Shown: positions 1 to 12,172 of the stretch, in pieces
How the letters are laid out: each line of letters opens with the position of its first letter
Numbering within the stretch: position 1 is the stretch's first letter
Assembly (NCBI GenBank): GCA_036172245.1
Contig: JAYWIR010000024.1
Location: 1,860,001-1,924,000 of the forward strand
Reading direction: 5' to 3'
Source of the DNA: Raillietiella orientalis
Lineage: Eukaryota
DNA length: 64,000 nt
The notes under the pieces: generated by a model
What the model saw: the letters and a program-made list of their open reading frames with translations, nothing else
The model's database searches: none
Told to the model about the DNA's origin: nothing
Made by a program: the position numbers and the translations under genes

Positions 1-790
1 GCTGTGACCACGGTAGCCGTGGTGGTGGTGGTGCTCGTGATCGATGGTTAATGTCTGAGATGGTGACGGCGGATATGACGATGACGAGGGTGAGGGACGA
101 GAGGGGCGGTGGTGTTTATGTTGATGGTGATCGATGGTCGATGGGTGATGATGACAATTACGACCACCATAACGAGATGATGATGATGACGACGAGAGTG
201 ACAGTGATGGTGGTGATGATACTGACGATGATGGTGTTGGTGGTAGTGGTCGTTCTGGTTGTGGCAGATTGATGGTTCCAACGATGAAGATGACGACGAC
301 GAAGGTGACAGTGGCGGTGGTGCCTGCTCGTGATCAATGGTTAGTGACTGATGACAACGATGGATATGAGGATGACGACGATGACCATAAGACATGAGAT
401 GATCAGAAGGAGGGTGACAGTGATGGCGGTGGTGCTGACCAATGATGGTGACGGCTGTGGTGGTTGTTCAAGCCGTGATCGATAATTGATGACACCGACG
501 ATATGATAATGGTGATTGCAGTGGTAATTGCGCTGGTCGGGATCGATGGTTAACGACTGCGATGGCGACAGTGGGTATGATGATGTCGATAGAGGCGGTG
601 GTGTTTGTGTTGCTGTTAGCGACGATATGATGATGCGGACCAAGACGACTACCATGACAACATGAGGATGATGTTGACAATGACAGCAGTGGTGATAGTG
701 GTGGTGGTAATACTGACCAGTGATGGTGACGGCTGTTGTGGTTGTGTCGATCATGACCGATGGTCAGTGGCTGTGATGACGGCGGTTGGA
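1..790. repeat. Degenerate (GAT/GGT/GAC)n low-complexity tract
   Basis: Continuous imperfect GAT/GGT/GAC triplets; His-, Val- and Asp-rich ORFs here are by-products of the repeat. Confidence 0.9.
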
Positions 791-1781
791 TGCAAGTATG
801 GCGGCTAATGAGATGTTTGTGACGTTTCATGGTACAAGGAGGGATGCCTCCTCCCCCGCCAGTTCAGCCAGCTCCAACTCTTCCCCTCCCACAGTGTGTG
901 CAGCTCTTCTCTTTGTTCCGGTAGAGGTTCGACTGCTCCCACAGGGGGCATCTCCCGTTCTTCCTCATCAAAATCGTCCAGTGCCCGCAACACCTCCTCC
1001 AGGACTGCAGATGCACGAGGGCATCTCCCGTCGCCACGAACGTCGTCTCCACTCAGAGGAGAGGGACGCCTGCTACTGAGACGGTCGTCGTCATCTGCGC
1101 GTCAGCGAAGATCTCGATCGCTCGGAGGCTCCGAGCAGGCTGACCCGCGCTGCAAGACAAATGAAATGTCGCCGCGCGTCGACTTTCCGTGACCCGGGAA
1201 CGCCTCAAGCTACGTTCCGGTGTGCGACCACTCTCAGAGACCATCGTTTGGGAATCGTCAAATTTCGCTTTTCTGTGCCAATGCAGCAATCGAAGAGTTG
1301 CGCACGGGTGCGTGAAAGACGCAGCATTCCCCGTCAAACGGTTTGCGGTCGCCATCTTGAAGCGACCATGCCGATGCCACTGCCGTGCCACCAGGGCGCC
1401 CCTGGCAATGGCCATTCTCTCTGGATGCTGCAGTATCCATGACGGCAATGTTTCGAACGTTAAGTGGGAGGACACCAGGGTGGCGCAGGAAAAGGAGGGT
1501 GCTTATCGTTGTTCCTTCTTGTCCACTAGAACGACCACTCCTCAGGCCAGCGTGAACAGCGACTGTCCTGCGGTTCCTCCGCTTGCCCTTTCCGGGGAAC
1601 CGGGGATGCTGAAGGACGCGAGTCGAGCAGTTTGCTCTTCGCTTGGCAGAGCCCCCCGAGCCGACGCGGTAATCTTCCCCGATGGCTGGAGGAGGCTCCG
1701 TTGTGTCCGTCCTGGGTGCCAACAAGGGGCTCGCAAGCGCTCGGGGCCGACTGCCGCGTTCCCAAAAACGTCCCCAAAGTA

Positions 1782-1831
1782 TTAAATAAATCAGTCGGGA
1801 ACACTGGCGTGTTCACGACTGATTTATTTAA
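1782..1831. repeat. Near-perfect 50-bp palindrome with AATAAA on both strands
   Basis: TTAAATAAATCAGTCGGGAACAC-TGGC-GTGTTCACGACTGATTTATTTAA: 23-bp arms, 22/23 complementary, 4-nt loop. Confidence 0.9.
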
Positions 1832-2480
1832 GACTTCCCAATCGAAGACAAAAGGGGAGAGTCTCCCGACACATAGGTCAGGACAAGTTGAGAATGGGTG
1901 GGAGGCGACAAGAAATAAATAAGGGGTGGGTGGGGATAGGGGTTACCGGTGTCGATCGTTCCTTCCTTTTCGAGCTGGCGCTGGATGCAGGCAGCGGAGG
2001 GGAAGGGACAAGCAAAAACAAAAATAAAATGAAAAATGAATAAAGAAAACTCGAAGCGGTACGGGAAGGGATCACTGTCCGCCGGAGGGCGTCCTCTGCG
2101 TCCTTTCCAGGATGCCGGCAAGTTCCATCAGAGTATGGGTCCCACGTGAGGCCATCTTGCTGCCGTCCGCAGGAAGCGGGCAGAGGGAAGCGGATGGTGT
2201 CCTCATGATGTCGTCCTCCTCTCGTGTAGCTCCAGACTCCACCACAATCCTGCGTAGGCAGCAGCAAAGAACTGCTGAAGATGAGACAGAAAGAAGAGCG
2301 TCGCTCACGAAGAGGCTCTTCATCACGTCCCTTGGGTTGACCGTTGCTGCACCAAGGGGAACCATAGGGCCGGAGGGCAGCACAGCCTGCTAGGAAGTGT
2401 AGGAGCTTGGATTCCCGTTGTCCGCACCTGCAACCACACGGGTAACCTCCCGTCGGCTGCGCCTGCATCTACAAGACGTG
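1809..2480 (-). mobile_element. Tx1/L1-clade LINE, 5'-truncated 3' fragment (family A)
   Basis: ORF2 C-terminal zinc finger (CGRCGQRESKLLHFLAGC), stop followed by TGATCCCTTCCCG, U-rich 3' UTR and AATAAA; resembles 25900-26616. Confidence 0.8.
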
Positions 2481-2489
2481 GCAGGCCGT

Positions 2490-3895
2490 CATAATGGCAT
2501 GGCAGAGCGATGACCGCGGTCACTGCACCCGTCGAGAGGCTCTTCCGGCGCGAAGACCTGCCGCAGCAGGTGGAGAGTGGTGCCCTCCTTATGCAGGAGC
2601 GGTGGCGTCAGCCTCTGCCACAGTTCGTAGAGGACACAGAGGTCCAAAAGCAGGCGCGGAGGGATCGACTTCGCCGACCCCGCATCTGACCCGCAGAGTT
2701 TTCGGAAACGAGAGTGCCGGTGTCCGTCACACTGAAATCCCCAGCTCATGAAGAGCACTGCCTCCAGGAGAGCGGGAGCGTAAAAGCGTTCAGGCATTAG
2801 GAGAGGGGGAGGGAGGCGACACTCGGAATCTGACACCGCCGAAGGAGTCCCGTCTCCGGAGCACGCAGAGTGGCAGCATCCTTCGACTCGCGCGTCTCCC
2901 AGCCTCCAAGGAGTTTCTTCTTTTCCCCTGCGATGGCGCGGAACTCCCAGCTCGCCATCGGTGTGCAGCCATCTCCGCTCGCCCTGAGAGCGGACGGCTC
3001 TGCGGTAAGGGGTGTGGCGGACAGGGTCAACCTCTCTGACGTGTTCTGCTTCGCCATTTCCAAAGGTAATGGTAGGAAGTGTTCTCAGGAGACAAAGTTC
3101 CCCCAGGCGTATTCCCTAGAAGGTCACCATCTCTGCAGGGAAGCAGTCCCTCCACCCTCTTGGAGAGCCTGTCGGAGGTCGCCTCATCGAGACCAGGTGC
3201 TTAGGGCCATCAACCGATGCTTTTAGCACTCCCTCTCTTAATGGGCAGGGCTCTCCAGAGCACCGTCTGGTTTCCCACTGTTCCCACGCCTTCTCTTTGA
3301 ACGCTTCGCCGCTGGCAGGGCCGACTCGAAGTCCCGACGATCCTGCGGATGCTCTTCAGCCCTTCCAGAGCCACCATAGAGTTCACGGGAAGGGGTGGAC
3401 GAGCATCTTCCACACCCCCTCTGGAGCACGGTCCCGCTGAAGGTTCAAGTCCATTCTCAGGAATAGGCTGGCTGGGGACGGACTGCCAGCGTTTCGGGAG
3501 ACCCTCCCGTCTTCCGGCAGTATCAGACTGCAGCTCGGATGCAGCCACCAAGGGCGCTGTCGAGTGAGTCTTCTCCTCCACCCGTCACATCCTGTTCACG
3601 CCGCTCCCTCTCGAAGACGCCATCGTGGGCCACATCCGCGTGGACGATCCACGGGCGGCAAGCGTTCTTCATCGAGCAGAAAACGCCCCTCTTGATGCAA
3701 GATTTTGCCCCATGTGGGATGTACGACCCGTCCTCTGTGGTCGCGGAGGCTGCGTCGTGGCGCAAAGTGGGCAGTAACCTCCCTCTCTCGCGCACCCATA
3801 GAAAGTCGAATCTACGAACGCGGCTTTCGACTCTCAGGCCGGAGGTAAAAGATCCATGGTTGGACCTCCAGGAGGGAGTGGGGCGAGCTGCCTAG
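2490..3895 (-). mobile_element. Degenerate Tx1 ORF2 C-terminal fragment (family B-like), 3' end missing
   Basis: WGFQCDG...RLLLDLCVLYELWQRL...LLRQVFAP aligns by eye with the ORFs at 4372-4869 and 10554-10914; the right boundary is approximate. Confidence 0.65.
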
Positions 3896-3910
3896 GAAGA
3901 GGGGGGGGGG

Positions 3911-4023
3911 ATAAGCAGTATCCTGCAACAACGGAAGCTGTCCTTCGCCGCCCACGCATCCCCTAAGGATGAGACTCACAGAACGGCACATCGGAACACC
4001 GCTGGAAGTCGACTCTTGGGAGG
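3911..4023 (+). pseudogene. Probable N-terminal remnant of a LINE APE endonuclease
   Basis: Open frame ISSILQQRKLSFAAHASPKDETHRTAHRNTAGSRLLGG; ExH...GG spacing like the APEs at 10130-10276 and 15844-16010. Confidence 0.4.
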
Positions 4024-5300
4024 TTTTTCACCCGGTAACGCCGGGGCGTTTATTTGAAGTCGGAAACACGCTGGTTCCCAACCGAAGACAGCAAGAAACA
4101 AAGGGGAGGGTCCACTGGCACACAGGTTAGGAAAACGGAAAGTCCGGAACGGGAGAGGAACGAGGGGGACAACAAAAACAAACAAAATGGGAGGAGAGGG
4201 GCAGGGATCTTTGGTGACGTTCCGTAATCACTGGGATACAAAAAAAAAGCACCAAGAAAGCTATGGAGCGAATGGAAACAGGGAATGAGAAAAATAATAA
4301 TAAAATGAATGGAGGGAAGGGATAAGCATCACCGGGTTCGCTGTTCCAAACCGTTCATCAACCGGCGTTCATCAACAGGGGGTGCCGGCGATCTCTTCCT
4401 TTGTTTCTTCTCCCAGGTAAGGCCACCTTGCAGCCTCTCCGATGTGAATGGCTGACATCCTGGAGACCTCTCTTCGATACACGGTGATTTCCTGCACGTG
4501 TCGGGCCAAAACGATGGCGCGGATGCGACTCACGGTTGCAATAACAGCGCCCGTCGAGAGACCTCTGGGCGCGAAGAACCGCCTCAGCACGTCTCGGATG
4601 GTGTCCTCCTGGTGCACAAGTGCTGCTGCCAGCCTCCTCCACAGTTCTTGGAGAACATCACAGTCCAAAAGCACGTGCGGGATTGACTCCGTCGACCCAC
4701 ACCTGCCACAGTTCGGAGATGCAACCCCTCCGGAAACTCGATGCCTTCGCTCGTTACACTTGAATCCCCTGTAGATGAAGAGCAGTACGGCCTGCTTCCA
4801 GGCAAGGGGGAACAACGAACTGTCCACCAAATGAGGAGGGATCACTAGTTCTTCGGGAGCAACACTCAAGAACTCTCCCCATCAAAGGAGTCCCTTCGCC
4901 AAAGCACACGGAGGGGCAACATCCGCCAGCTCGCCCGTCTTCCAGCCGCCGAGGAGTCCAGTTGTTCCTGCGAGTGCAGGAAAACTCCCACCTCGCCGGT
5001 TGCCTACTGTCGTCTCTTGTCCTGAGGGCAGAAAGCGCTGAGGCGACGGGTGTGGTGGCCAAGGACGAAAACTTCAGGATGCTAAAGCCGGCATCCCGCC
5101 ACGGAGTAGCCAAGTCTTTGAGGCGGATCCTGGACCTCGCGGATCTGGATCGGGACCTCTTTGCCAGTGGTCGCCCCTTGCGAGGGCTTTCGTAGGGCTG
5201 CTGGCAAAGACGCAGTCGGAGGGCTTGTGCCAACAGCGGCACCCTCCATTGCGAGCACCGTCTCCCCGACGGGGTTTGCAGGAAACCCGGCAGAGCAACG
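4024..5300 (-). mobile_element. Tx1 LINE 3' fragment (family B)
   Basis: ORF 4372-4869 with CGRCGSTESIPHVLLDC zinc finger; RRGMPAL region near 5100 resembles the GGLGL motif; terminus AATAAACGCCCCGGCGTTACCGGGTGAAAAA. Confidence 0.85.
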
Positions 5301-7240
5301 AAGGGACGCGGAGGTTAAGGAAGGCGCCCGCAAAGGGTCAATGCCTTACAAAACGCAAAGCAGTCCGGGAGAGGAGGAGGATCAGGGAATGCGGGCGGCT
5401 TCCTGTTTTGAGAGGGAAGGAGAGGCTCAGACCTGGACCTCGAGGGGAGGACGAGGGAGCCGGGGGGGGGAGGGGAGGAAGGGGAATCTTCCATCAGACC
5501 ACCCGCAGGAGTCGGAAGCCGCCCCGGGCCCGACTGCCTGGAGTCCATCACGCACGCCTCCGTGGCGAGTGGGGCCTGCGCGGTCTCCCCGGGATCGGGC
5601 GCGTTCCCGGGACTACCCGCGTCTCGTCCGCGGAGGGAATCCACGCCGCCGCCTCCGCTTCCCGTGGTATCGTCGCAATGGACCGGCCGGTCGTGGCAGC
5701 ACGGATCCAGAACGGCGGTCTGAGGTCCACCCTTGTCCTTCGAGAGGAAGAGGAGGAACTTCGGTCCCGTCGCGGGTTCCCGGACGTCCGGGGTAGGGGA
5801 GGGGCGGCATCCGGCGGGGGGGGCAGGTGCGTTCCGACTATCTCGCGGGCGCTGCCTCGCAGCTCGGAGGGACGACATCCGGCGGACCGGACCGGAATGG
5901 GGTCTCGTGAGTCCTCCCGGTAACGGGTCCGGTGCTGCAGGAAGAGGAACGACCCCTCGAGTCCCCTTTCCCCCTACGGAGACTTTAGCGGAGACCCGGC
6001 GCTCCCGTTCTCGGCCCTGCACCCATCTTAGGAATCCCGCAGGGCCAAGCAGGGCCTCTCAGGGAGGAGATTGCGCACGCAGCCCTCTCTTTTGGACCTG
6101 CCGCCGTCAGGGGACGCGCGCGCCGCGAGGATGGACGGCGTTCCCTGCCGGCCGAGGCAAACCCCCACGCACCCTCAAGCGGCGACCGGGGAAGGAGCGC
6201 GCGTCGGACTGGAGGACTCCCTGGTTTCCCCAGAAACAGGTCGCTCCTCTCCCTGCCGGTCCTCCCTTCGCGCCACCGGATGGGGAGGACAGGCCGGTGG
6301 TCTTTCGGTAGTTGTTGATCCCAAGTCTGCCCCTCATGGGGTGAGGAAACCCAGAAGGGGTCAAAGCCCTCAGGGAGAACGTCGAGCGCGTCGCCGCCGC
6401 TGGTCAAAGCCATGCACTTCCCGGGGCCGAGGACTTCGGGCGGCTTCATTCCTGCTCCTGCTTCTTTCGTCGGAATCTCCAAAACCGCTTCCGCAGGAAA
6501 CTGGGAATCTTTTCGGGAGCATTTCTCTCTCCCTCCTCCTCCTCCCCCAGAGGGAGTTCCTCCTTGTCTTCGGGGTCTTGTTCGTCACTCGTTCCTCCCC
6601 TCCGGCAGCGGGAAAGGGGGAAGGAGAAGAGGGAAGAGGAAAGGGAAATCCCTCGGGTCCTCCCAGCATCCAAGTCAGCGCAGCGGCGTGGAACCCCTGG
6701 CGTGCAGATCGCCACCTGGATTTCCCGTCGGAATGGTGTTGGCCGGCCGGCACGGTCTGCACCGGAAACGCGTAGGGACTTCGTCGTCCCCAAGGGGAGA
6801 AAGGGAGGGGCAAGAAACGCAATCCCCTCCGCTGAGGGGATGAGAGATGCTTTCCGATTCGGAACCCCCTGGGCTGCCCTCCTCAGGAGGGCGCTTCCGG
6901 AAGGTCCTCTTCCTCTCACGGACCCCCAGGGGGTTCCTTCCTCCCGGCTGCGGGGGACGTTGCCCGGGTTCCCTTGCAGTCCTCCTTCACGAGAAGCTCG
7001 CGGGCAGCCTCTCGTGAATTCGCCTCCGGAGGGGTCTCTCGATCTTTGGGGAACGTGGTCTCCCTGTAGGACCGGCTCCTCCCTTCCTTCCTGCACCCCT
7101 CGACCCCCGGGCGGAGCGGCGCTCGCGTTCCGAGACGGAGGGTTCAAGAGTCGACCGACCTCAGAACTGATCCCCTCTGGCGCGTGCCGGGCAAAGCGCC
7201 AGAGGGACCCTCGTGGGCATGGTGGGTTGAGGCAGGTCAA
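5300..7240 (-). mobile_element. Highly degenerate, probably LINE-derived DNA
   Basis: GC-rich, no clean domain; weak resemblance to ORF2 C-terminal segments around 5500-5760; enclosed by LINE fragments. Confidence 0.25.
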
Positions 7241-7570
7241 GGAAGGGATTTTTATCCAGGCTCTCCGGGCGCTTCCCTTTGCCCCGCAGTGCTTTCAGCG
7301 AGGCCCCTGCCTGGGGAACAGGCAGGAAGCGAAGAAGAAGGGCAGAGAGGATAGAAGCGAAACGCGAAGGGCCGCCTGCGGGATAAAAAAGAAAAACAGA
7401 AGGGAGGAGGGAAGGGGGAATCGTCCCCCCACCCTTTTTGGGTAGCAGGAGTCCTCCGCACCCCTATACGGGACGAGTCTTGGGGGGGTCCACCCTGACG
7501 CGATCCGCGGGTTACAAAGTCGCCTACCACTGCACCCTGCCTCGGCAGGGCCGACCCGCAGGAATGACGG
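7240..7570 (-). mobile_element. Short 3' UTR-like retroelement fragment, homologous to 9815-10030
   Basis: Shared GCCCCGCAGTGCTTTC(A/G)GCGAG(G/A)CCCC, GAAGCGAAACG and GGATAAAAAAGAAAA blocks in both copies. Confidence 0.55.
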
Positions 7571-7573
7571 CGA

Positions 7574-8200
7574 GGTGTGCGGACGGTGTCAGGGGAGAGG
7601 GGGAGAAAAAAGGGAGTCCCCTACTGTGCTTCCGCGGTGGACACCTCTGCAGCAGCGGGCGCGAGCCGGAACCCGCTGCTGGACGGAGTGGGGCCGATAG
7701 GTTCGAGGGTGGGGGAAGGGGATTCCCGCATCATGTTGATGCTCCTGGACAATTGGGGGCTGCGAGACCTGCAGCCGCGTTTCCATTCCACAGTGCTTTA
7801 GCGAGGGAGGAACCTGGCTGCCTCAACACTGGGAGAGCCGAAGAGCGCAAAGGCATCGTACGGAGCCGCCATGGAAGGGAAAGGAGGGGTAAGAGAAGCT
7901 GCCTACCCCCACACCCACCCACCCACGTGCCCCGCGAGCACCGGGCTCGCCTGGACCCTTGTCTGGACAACGGCCGACTCCAGGATCCACCGATAACCCC
8001 TGCTGGAGCGGACGCTCAGCGCGCGACGACCGCCAAGCGGAACCACCTCCGAGTTCCTCAAGAGTTGGTCATTCGTTCCGATCCCCTGCGGCATATCAGC
8101 TGGCATCCGGTGAGAGAGCACGGGGGATGGTTGTGAACCAGCAGAGGTTCTCGCCGGTGGCTCGCGACAGCGGCATGGCGCAGCTGGCGAGGAGCGATCA
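7574..8200 (+). pseudogene. Degenerate APE endonuclease continuation
   Basis: VSGERGRKKGVPYC (like the SG...GVAIL motif), LLDNWGLRDL and RARLD; joins in frame to 3911-4023 if 4024-7575 is removed. Confidence 0.4.
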
Positions 8201-8259
8201 TCCCTCTTCGAGGAGCCCAACCCCAGACGAGCGCGGCGAGCGCCGCACCCGAAGCCGCA

Positions 8260-10276
8260 CGGAAGTGTTTTCGTTCGCTCCGCGGCTGGTGTGTCGACTA
8301 TCTTTTTAAGTGTTTTATGTGGATTCGGTGGTGGCTGAGGCAGCGATGTCTGACACCACCACCAAGGAAGGCTGTGGGGGAGATGTGGGTATCTTCCCCA
8401 GAGGCTGTGGAGGTAGGGGCGACCGCCCCTACAGAATCGTCCCTCGCGTCAGCGAGGGCATGGAACGCCGTGACCACGGCCCTGTCGCTGGAAGCCATGG
8501 CCAAACACCAAGCCTACTTGAGAATTGCATCCCAATCCTCCTCTACAAGGTAGGCAATTTGTATAATCCGGAGAGCGCGTGCGCCTTCTCGAAGGCGATG
8601 TACACTAGTGCAAGAGGCGTAGTGCAAGAGGAGCTTCTTATTATGACTTATTATTATGGAGCGGGAGTCGACGTGTAGAGGTCGTGTTTAAGGAAGCAAG
8701 CCTGACCCAGCGACTTCTGCGGAATCCTGTTGGGATGGGAAGCAGAAGACTCTTCCCGATAACGGTTGACCACTCGGAGGTGGTCCACCTTCTCAAGGTA
8801 ATGGCCAAATTGGCCGTGCGCACCGAACTAACAAAATACGTAACGGTTCACGCGCTGTGAGTGAGGCCGTCTCCCTTCGTGGAGCACAGCGGGTTTCCGG
8901 GGGGCCTTGCTGCAGAGCGGATCACCGTCCACGAGATCCTTGAGCTGCCCCATCAACTACACGTCGATCGGTTCCACTGCCACACTCAAGGACACTTGAA
9001 GAAAAGGTGTCATCAAACACAGTGCGAAGTGTGCGCAACGATGGGTCCCATGCCAAAAGGGTGCCGCCAAAACACAGTCCGCGTCGCGGCTGCGAAAAGC
9101 AGGAAAAAGCACGAGGCAAAAAGAGGAGAAAATCGCCGCGAAGAACGCGGAAAAAAAAACACAGCGACCAACGTTTCCCCAGCAACACCATGTCAGGTTA
9201 CCTCGGAAACCCCAGCGGAAGAAGCTGGAAACGTCGAGGAAGACGGCCAGGAGCCTGAATGGCAGCTGGTAAGAAACAGGGGAAAACAAAAGGAGAAGGA
9301 GAGGAGAGAAACGGAAATCGCGAAACTGGGCGAAGACAAGCCGAGACGCAACCCCTCGAAGAACTGCCGGGTAGCCGTCGAACGCGCTACCGCCATCGAG
9401 CGATGTACGGCAGCCGAGCACGCTGCTGCCAGCGTAAAACCCTCGGAAGAAAAGGAGGAGGGGAGCGAGGCGGTGGCGTCCTTCGCCGTCGTCGACGACG
9501 TCGAATTCTCATGGGCAGCGGAGGAGCTCGAAGCCATCCTGCGTAAACACCTCAAGGCGACGAAGGTCATGAGGCGTCCCACAACTCCGAAAGCATCCGA
9601 GATTTCGGACCTCGGACGCGGAAATCGGAAAGGCGTCCTCCGTCGCCGCACCCTCTCATAAGTCTGGACGAAAGTCCAAGACTCCCAGGAGGCACATCTC
9701 CTCTTCCGAGGGAGAGGAGGTGGCTTCTAGAAAGAGAGGGAGTAATGAGCGTCAGAACGCGGGAACCCTCGTCGGAGAAACTCCCACGTGCCGACGCGGT
9801 AGAGACGGCCCACAAGCCGGAGGGAATTTTTACTCGGTCGCTCCGGGAACTTCCCCTCGCCCCGCAGTGCTTTCGGCGAGACCCCGGCCTGGGAAACGGA
9901 AGGGGGGGGGGGCTAAGAAGGAGATCAGGGGGACAGAAGCGAAACGGGAAGGTCAGCCTTCCGGATAAAAAAGAAAAAAAGGAGGAGAAAGGAGAAGGGA
10001 AAGGAGAAGCGCTCCTCCCCTTTTTTGCGTCGCTGACAGCTCCTCCCATCCACTCAGGTGGACGGGAGGAGCCGCAATACCACGTTCCCAGCTTTAATGC
10101 CGGGAATCGCCCCCTGCCTCAAATCACGCATCGCCTGTTGGAACGTCAACAGGCTTCGCGACGACGGCAGGAGACGAGACGTGGTCGCCACCCTGCGGTC
10201 CTTCGACCTCTTACTCCTGCAAGAGATCTCTGCAGAGCAGGCACAAGATATCGAACAGATAGCGGGTGGCCAACTG
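8260..10276 (+). mobile_element. Tx1 LINE 5' part: 5' UTR, disrupted ORF1 (CCHC knuckles), start of ORF2 APE
   Basis: ORF1 pieces LLYKVG, FHCHTQGHLKKRC, CEVCATMG homologous to 16033-18679; TAATG at 10095-10099 opens MPGIAPCLKSRIACWNVNRLR...LLLQEIS. Confidence 0.85.
9815..10030 (-). mobile_element. Short 3' UTR-like fragment inserted near the end of ORF1
   Basis: Homologous to 7240-7450; absent from the equivalent ORF1 region of the minus-strand element; no TSD found. Confidence 0.5.
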
Positions 10277-11339
10277 TTTTTCACCCGGGTGCGGCGGGTG
10301 TTTACTAAAAACTATCTGGGAACAAAGTTCTAGACAGAAGGAACAGAAGTTTGAGGGGAGGGCTCCGCGACACGCAGATCGATAATACCGAAAGTCTGGA
10401 ACGGGAGGGAGGGATCACAAATAAATATCTAAAAAATAAAAAAAAAGATATGGGAGGTATGGGGACAGAGGTGTTGGATTCGACCGTCCCTTCCTTTCAG
10501 AACCGGCGTGGGATGCCGGAGATCTCCTTCCTCACGTCTTCTGGAAGATGAGTTCACCTAGCAGCTGTCGTCATGTCGTCGGCGCTTGCGATGGTATCTC
10601 GAGGGATCGCCTGTGACTCCAGCTGGAGGCGGACCGTGACGATGGCGCGGATGTAACAGACCGTTGCGACCCCCGCACCTAACGATAGGCTGCCTGGCGT
10701 GAAGAAGCGGCTCATCAAATCCCTCGCAATGTCCCCTTGGTGCAAGAGCGCTGAAGCCAGCTTCCGCCACAGTCGTTGGAGGACACTGCAGTCCAGGAGC
10801 AGATGCGGGAGCTGCTGCTGCTCCGCACCTTTTACAGTTCGGGGAGGAAACTCCTCCGGAAACAATGTTCGCGCGCTGGTTGCAATGAAAGCCCCAATGC
10901 ACCAGCAAGATCACGTCCTGCTTTCATGGAAGAGGGAACACAGAAGTGTCCACGCACGAGGGAGGGACCACAAGTTCTTCGGGGAGCACACTCAAGTTTG
11001 CTCCACCGAAATAGCCCCTTGGGGATATTGCGAGGCGTGGCGGAGTCTGCCAGCTCGCTGGTTCTCCAGCCGTCCATGGGTGGGGTTGCTCCTGAGATCG
11101 TGCAGCCGACCTCCCATCCCACCGGTTGGAAACTGCCATCTCTTGCTCTTAGGGCAGGCAGAGCTGCGGCAGGGGGCGTGGCGGACAGGCTAGTCCACTT
11201 GTCTTGATCTTGCCTCACATCTTCCAACGGAAGATAGGGATGGCAGCGAGTAGCCAGCTGTAGTGGCATTGCAGCTCTCGGGTCGCTTTCCTCTTTCAGC
11301 CGGGCGTCGCGAGGGCCGCAAAGGACGTGCACTTCGACA
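10277..11339 (-). mobile_element. Tx1 LINE 3' fragment (family B) inserted antisense into an APE gene
   Basis: PHLLLDCSVLQRLWRKLASALLHQGD; terminus AGTAAACACCCGCCGCACCCGGGTGAAAAA abuts APE codons GGQL; 5' side cut by the element starting at 11340. Confidence 0.85.
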
Positions 11340-12172
11340 TTTTCACCCGGTCAAGCCGGAGCGTTTATTTAAAAACTTACAGTATTTGCGGTACAAGGCC
11401 CCGCTGCGGCCAATAGTTCTATGGAGCTGTCGGGTGGTCGGTGCGCAGACCAACTTGACACTCCACGTCAACGGATGGGGTTGGGGGAAAAACAAAAATA
11501 AAAAAAAATAAAGAAAAAGAAAAACACTTGTCATCTGGAGGGCCGGGAAGGGATGACTGTCCGTTGCGTGGAGCTTTCATCCCTTGCAGGATGACGACGA
11601 GGTCCTGGTACAGATTTCCCAGGTGGGGCCATCGGGATGCTATTCGCAGAAAGCGAGCTGCATACTCCATGGCATCCCTTCCGTTAACATCTTCTGCTTC
11701 GTCGGATCCACTCCAAGCTGCCACAATACCGCGTACGCAGCAGAGAGCTGCTAGGACAGCGGCTGGCTGCAGGGCGTCCCGTACGAAGAGGAGCCGAAAA
11801 ACGTCTCTGGAAGGGCTACCTTCCAGGAACCCCAAGGTGGAACCGAACCGTTCCCACAGGGGCCGGAGGGCAACACAGTCAACTAAAAGGTGCGGGAGGG
11901 TTTCCCGCTCTCCACACCGGGCACCGTTTGGGTTCACACTTCCCCGTATCCAGTGATGGCGGCGTGCATTGCAGGGGAGTCCCCAGTGCAACAGCATAAG
12001 CGCCGACTCCTGCCATTTTAGAGGAAGGATCCTTGTTTCGGTTATCACTGGAGGTCACTTCAGGTCATCCGTCGTGATGCCGAGCAGCTCGCCCCATTTT
12101 TTTTAGTCCTTGCGGAAGGACGCTCTGGGTTGTGGCGTCCGCCAGCTGTCCCATTGTCCAGCCGCTCAGCAA

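Noticed and set aside
48..830. His-rich or Val-rich proteins
   Set aside because: Translation artefacts of the triplet repeat.
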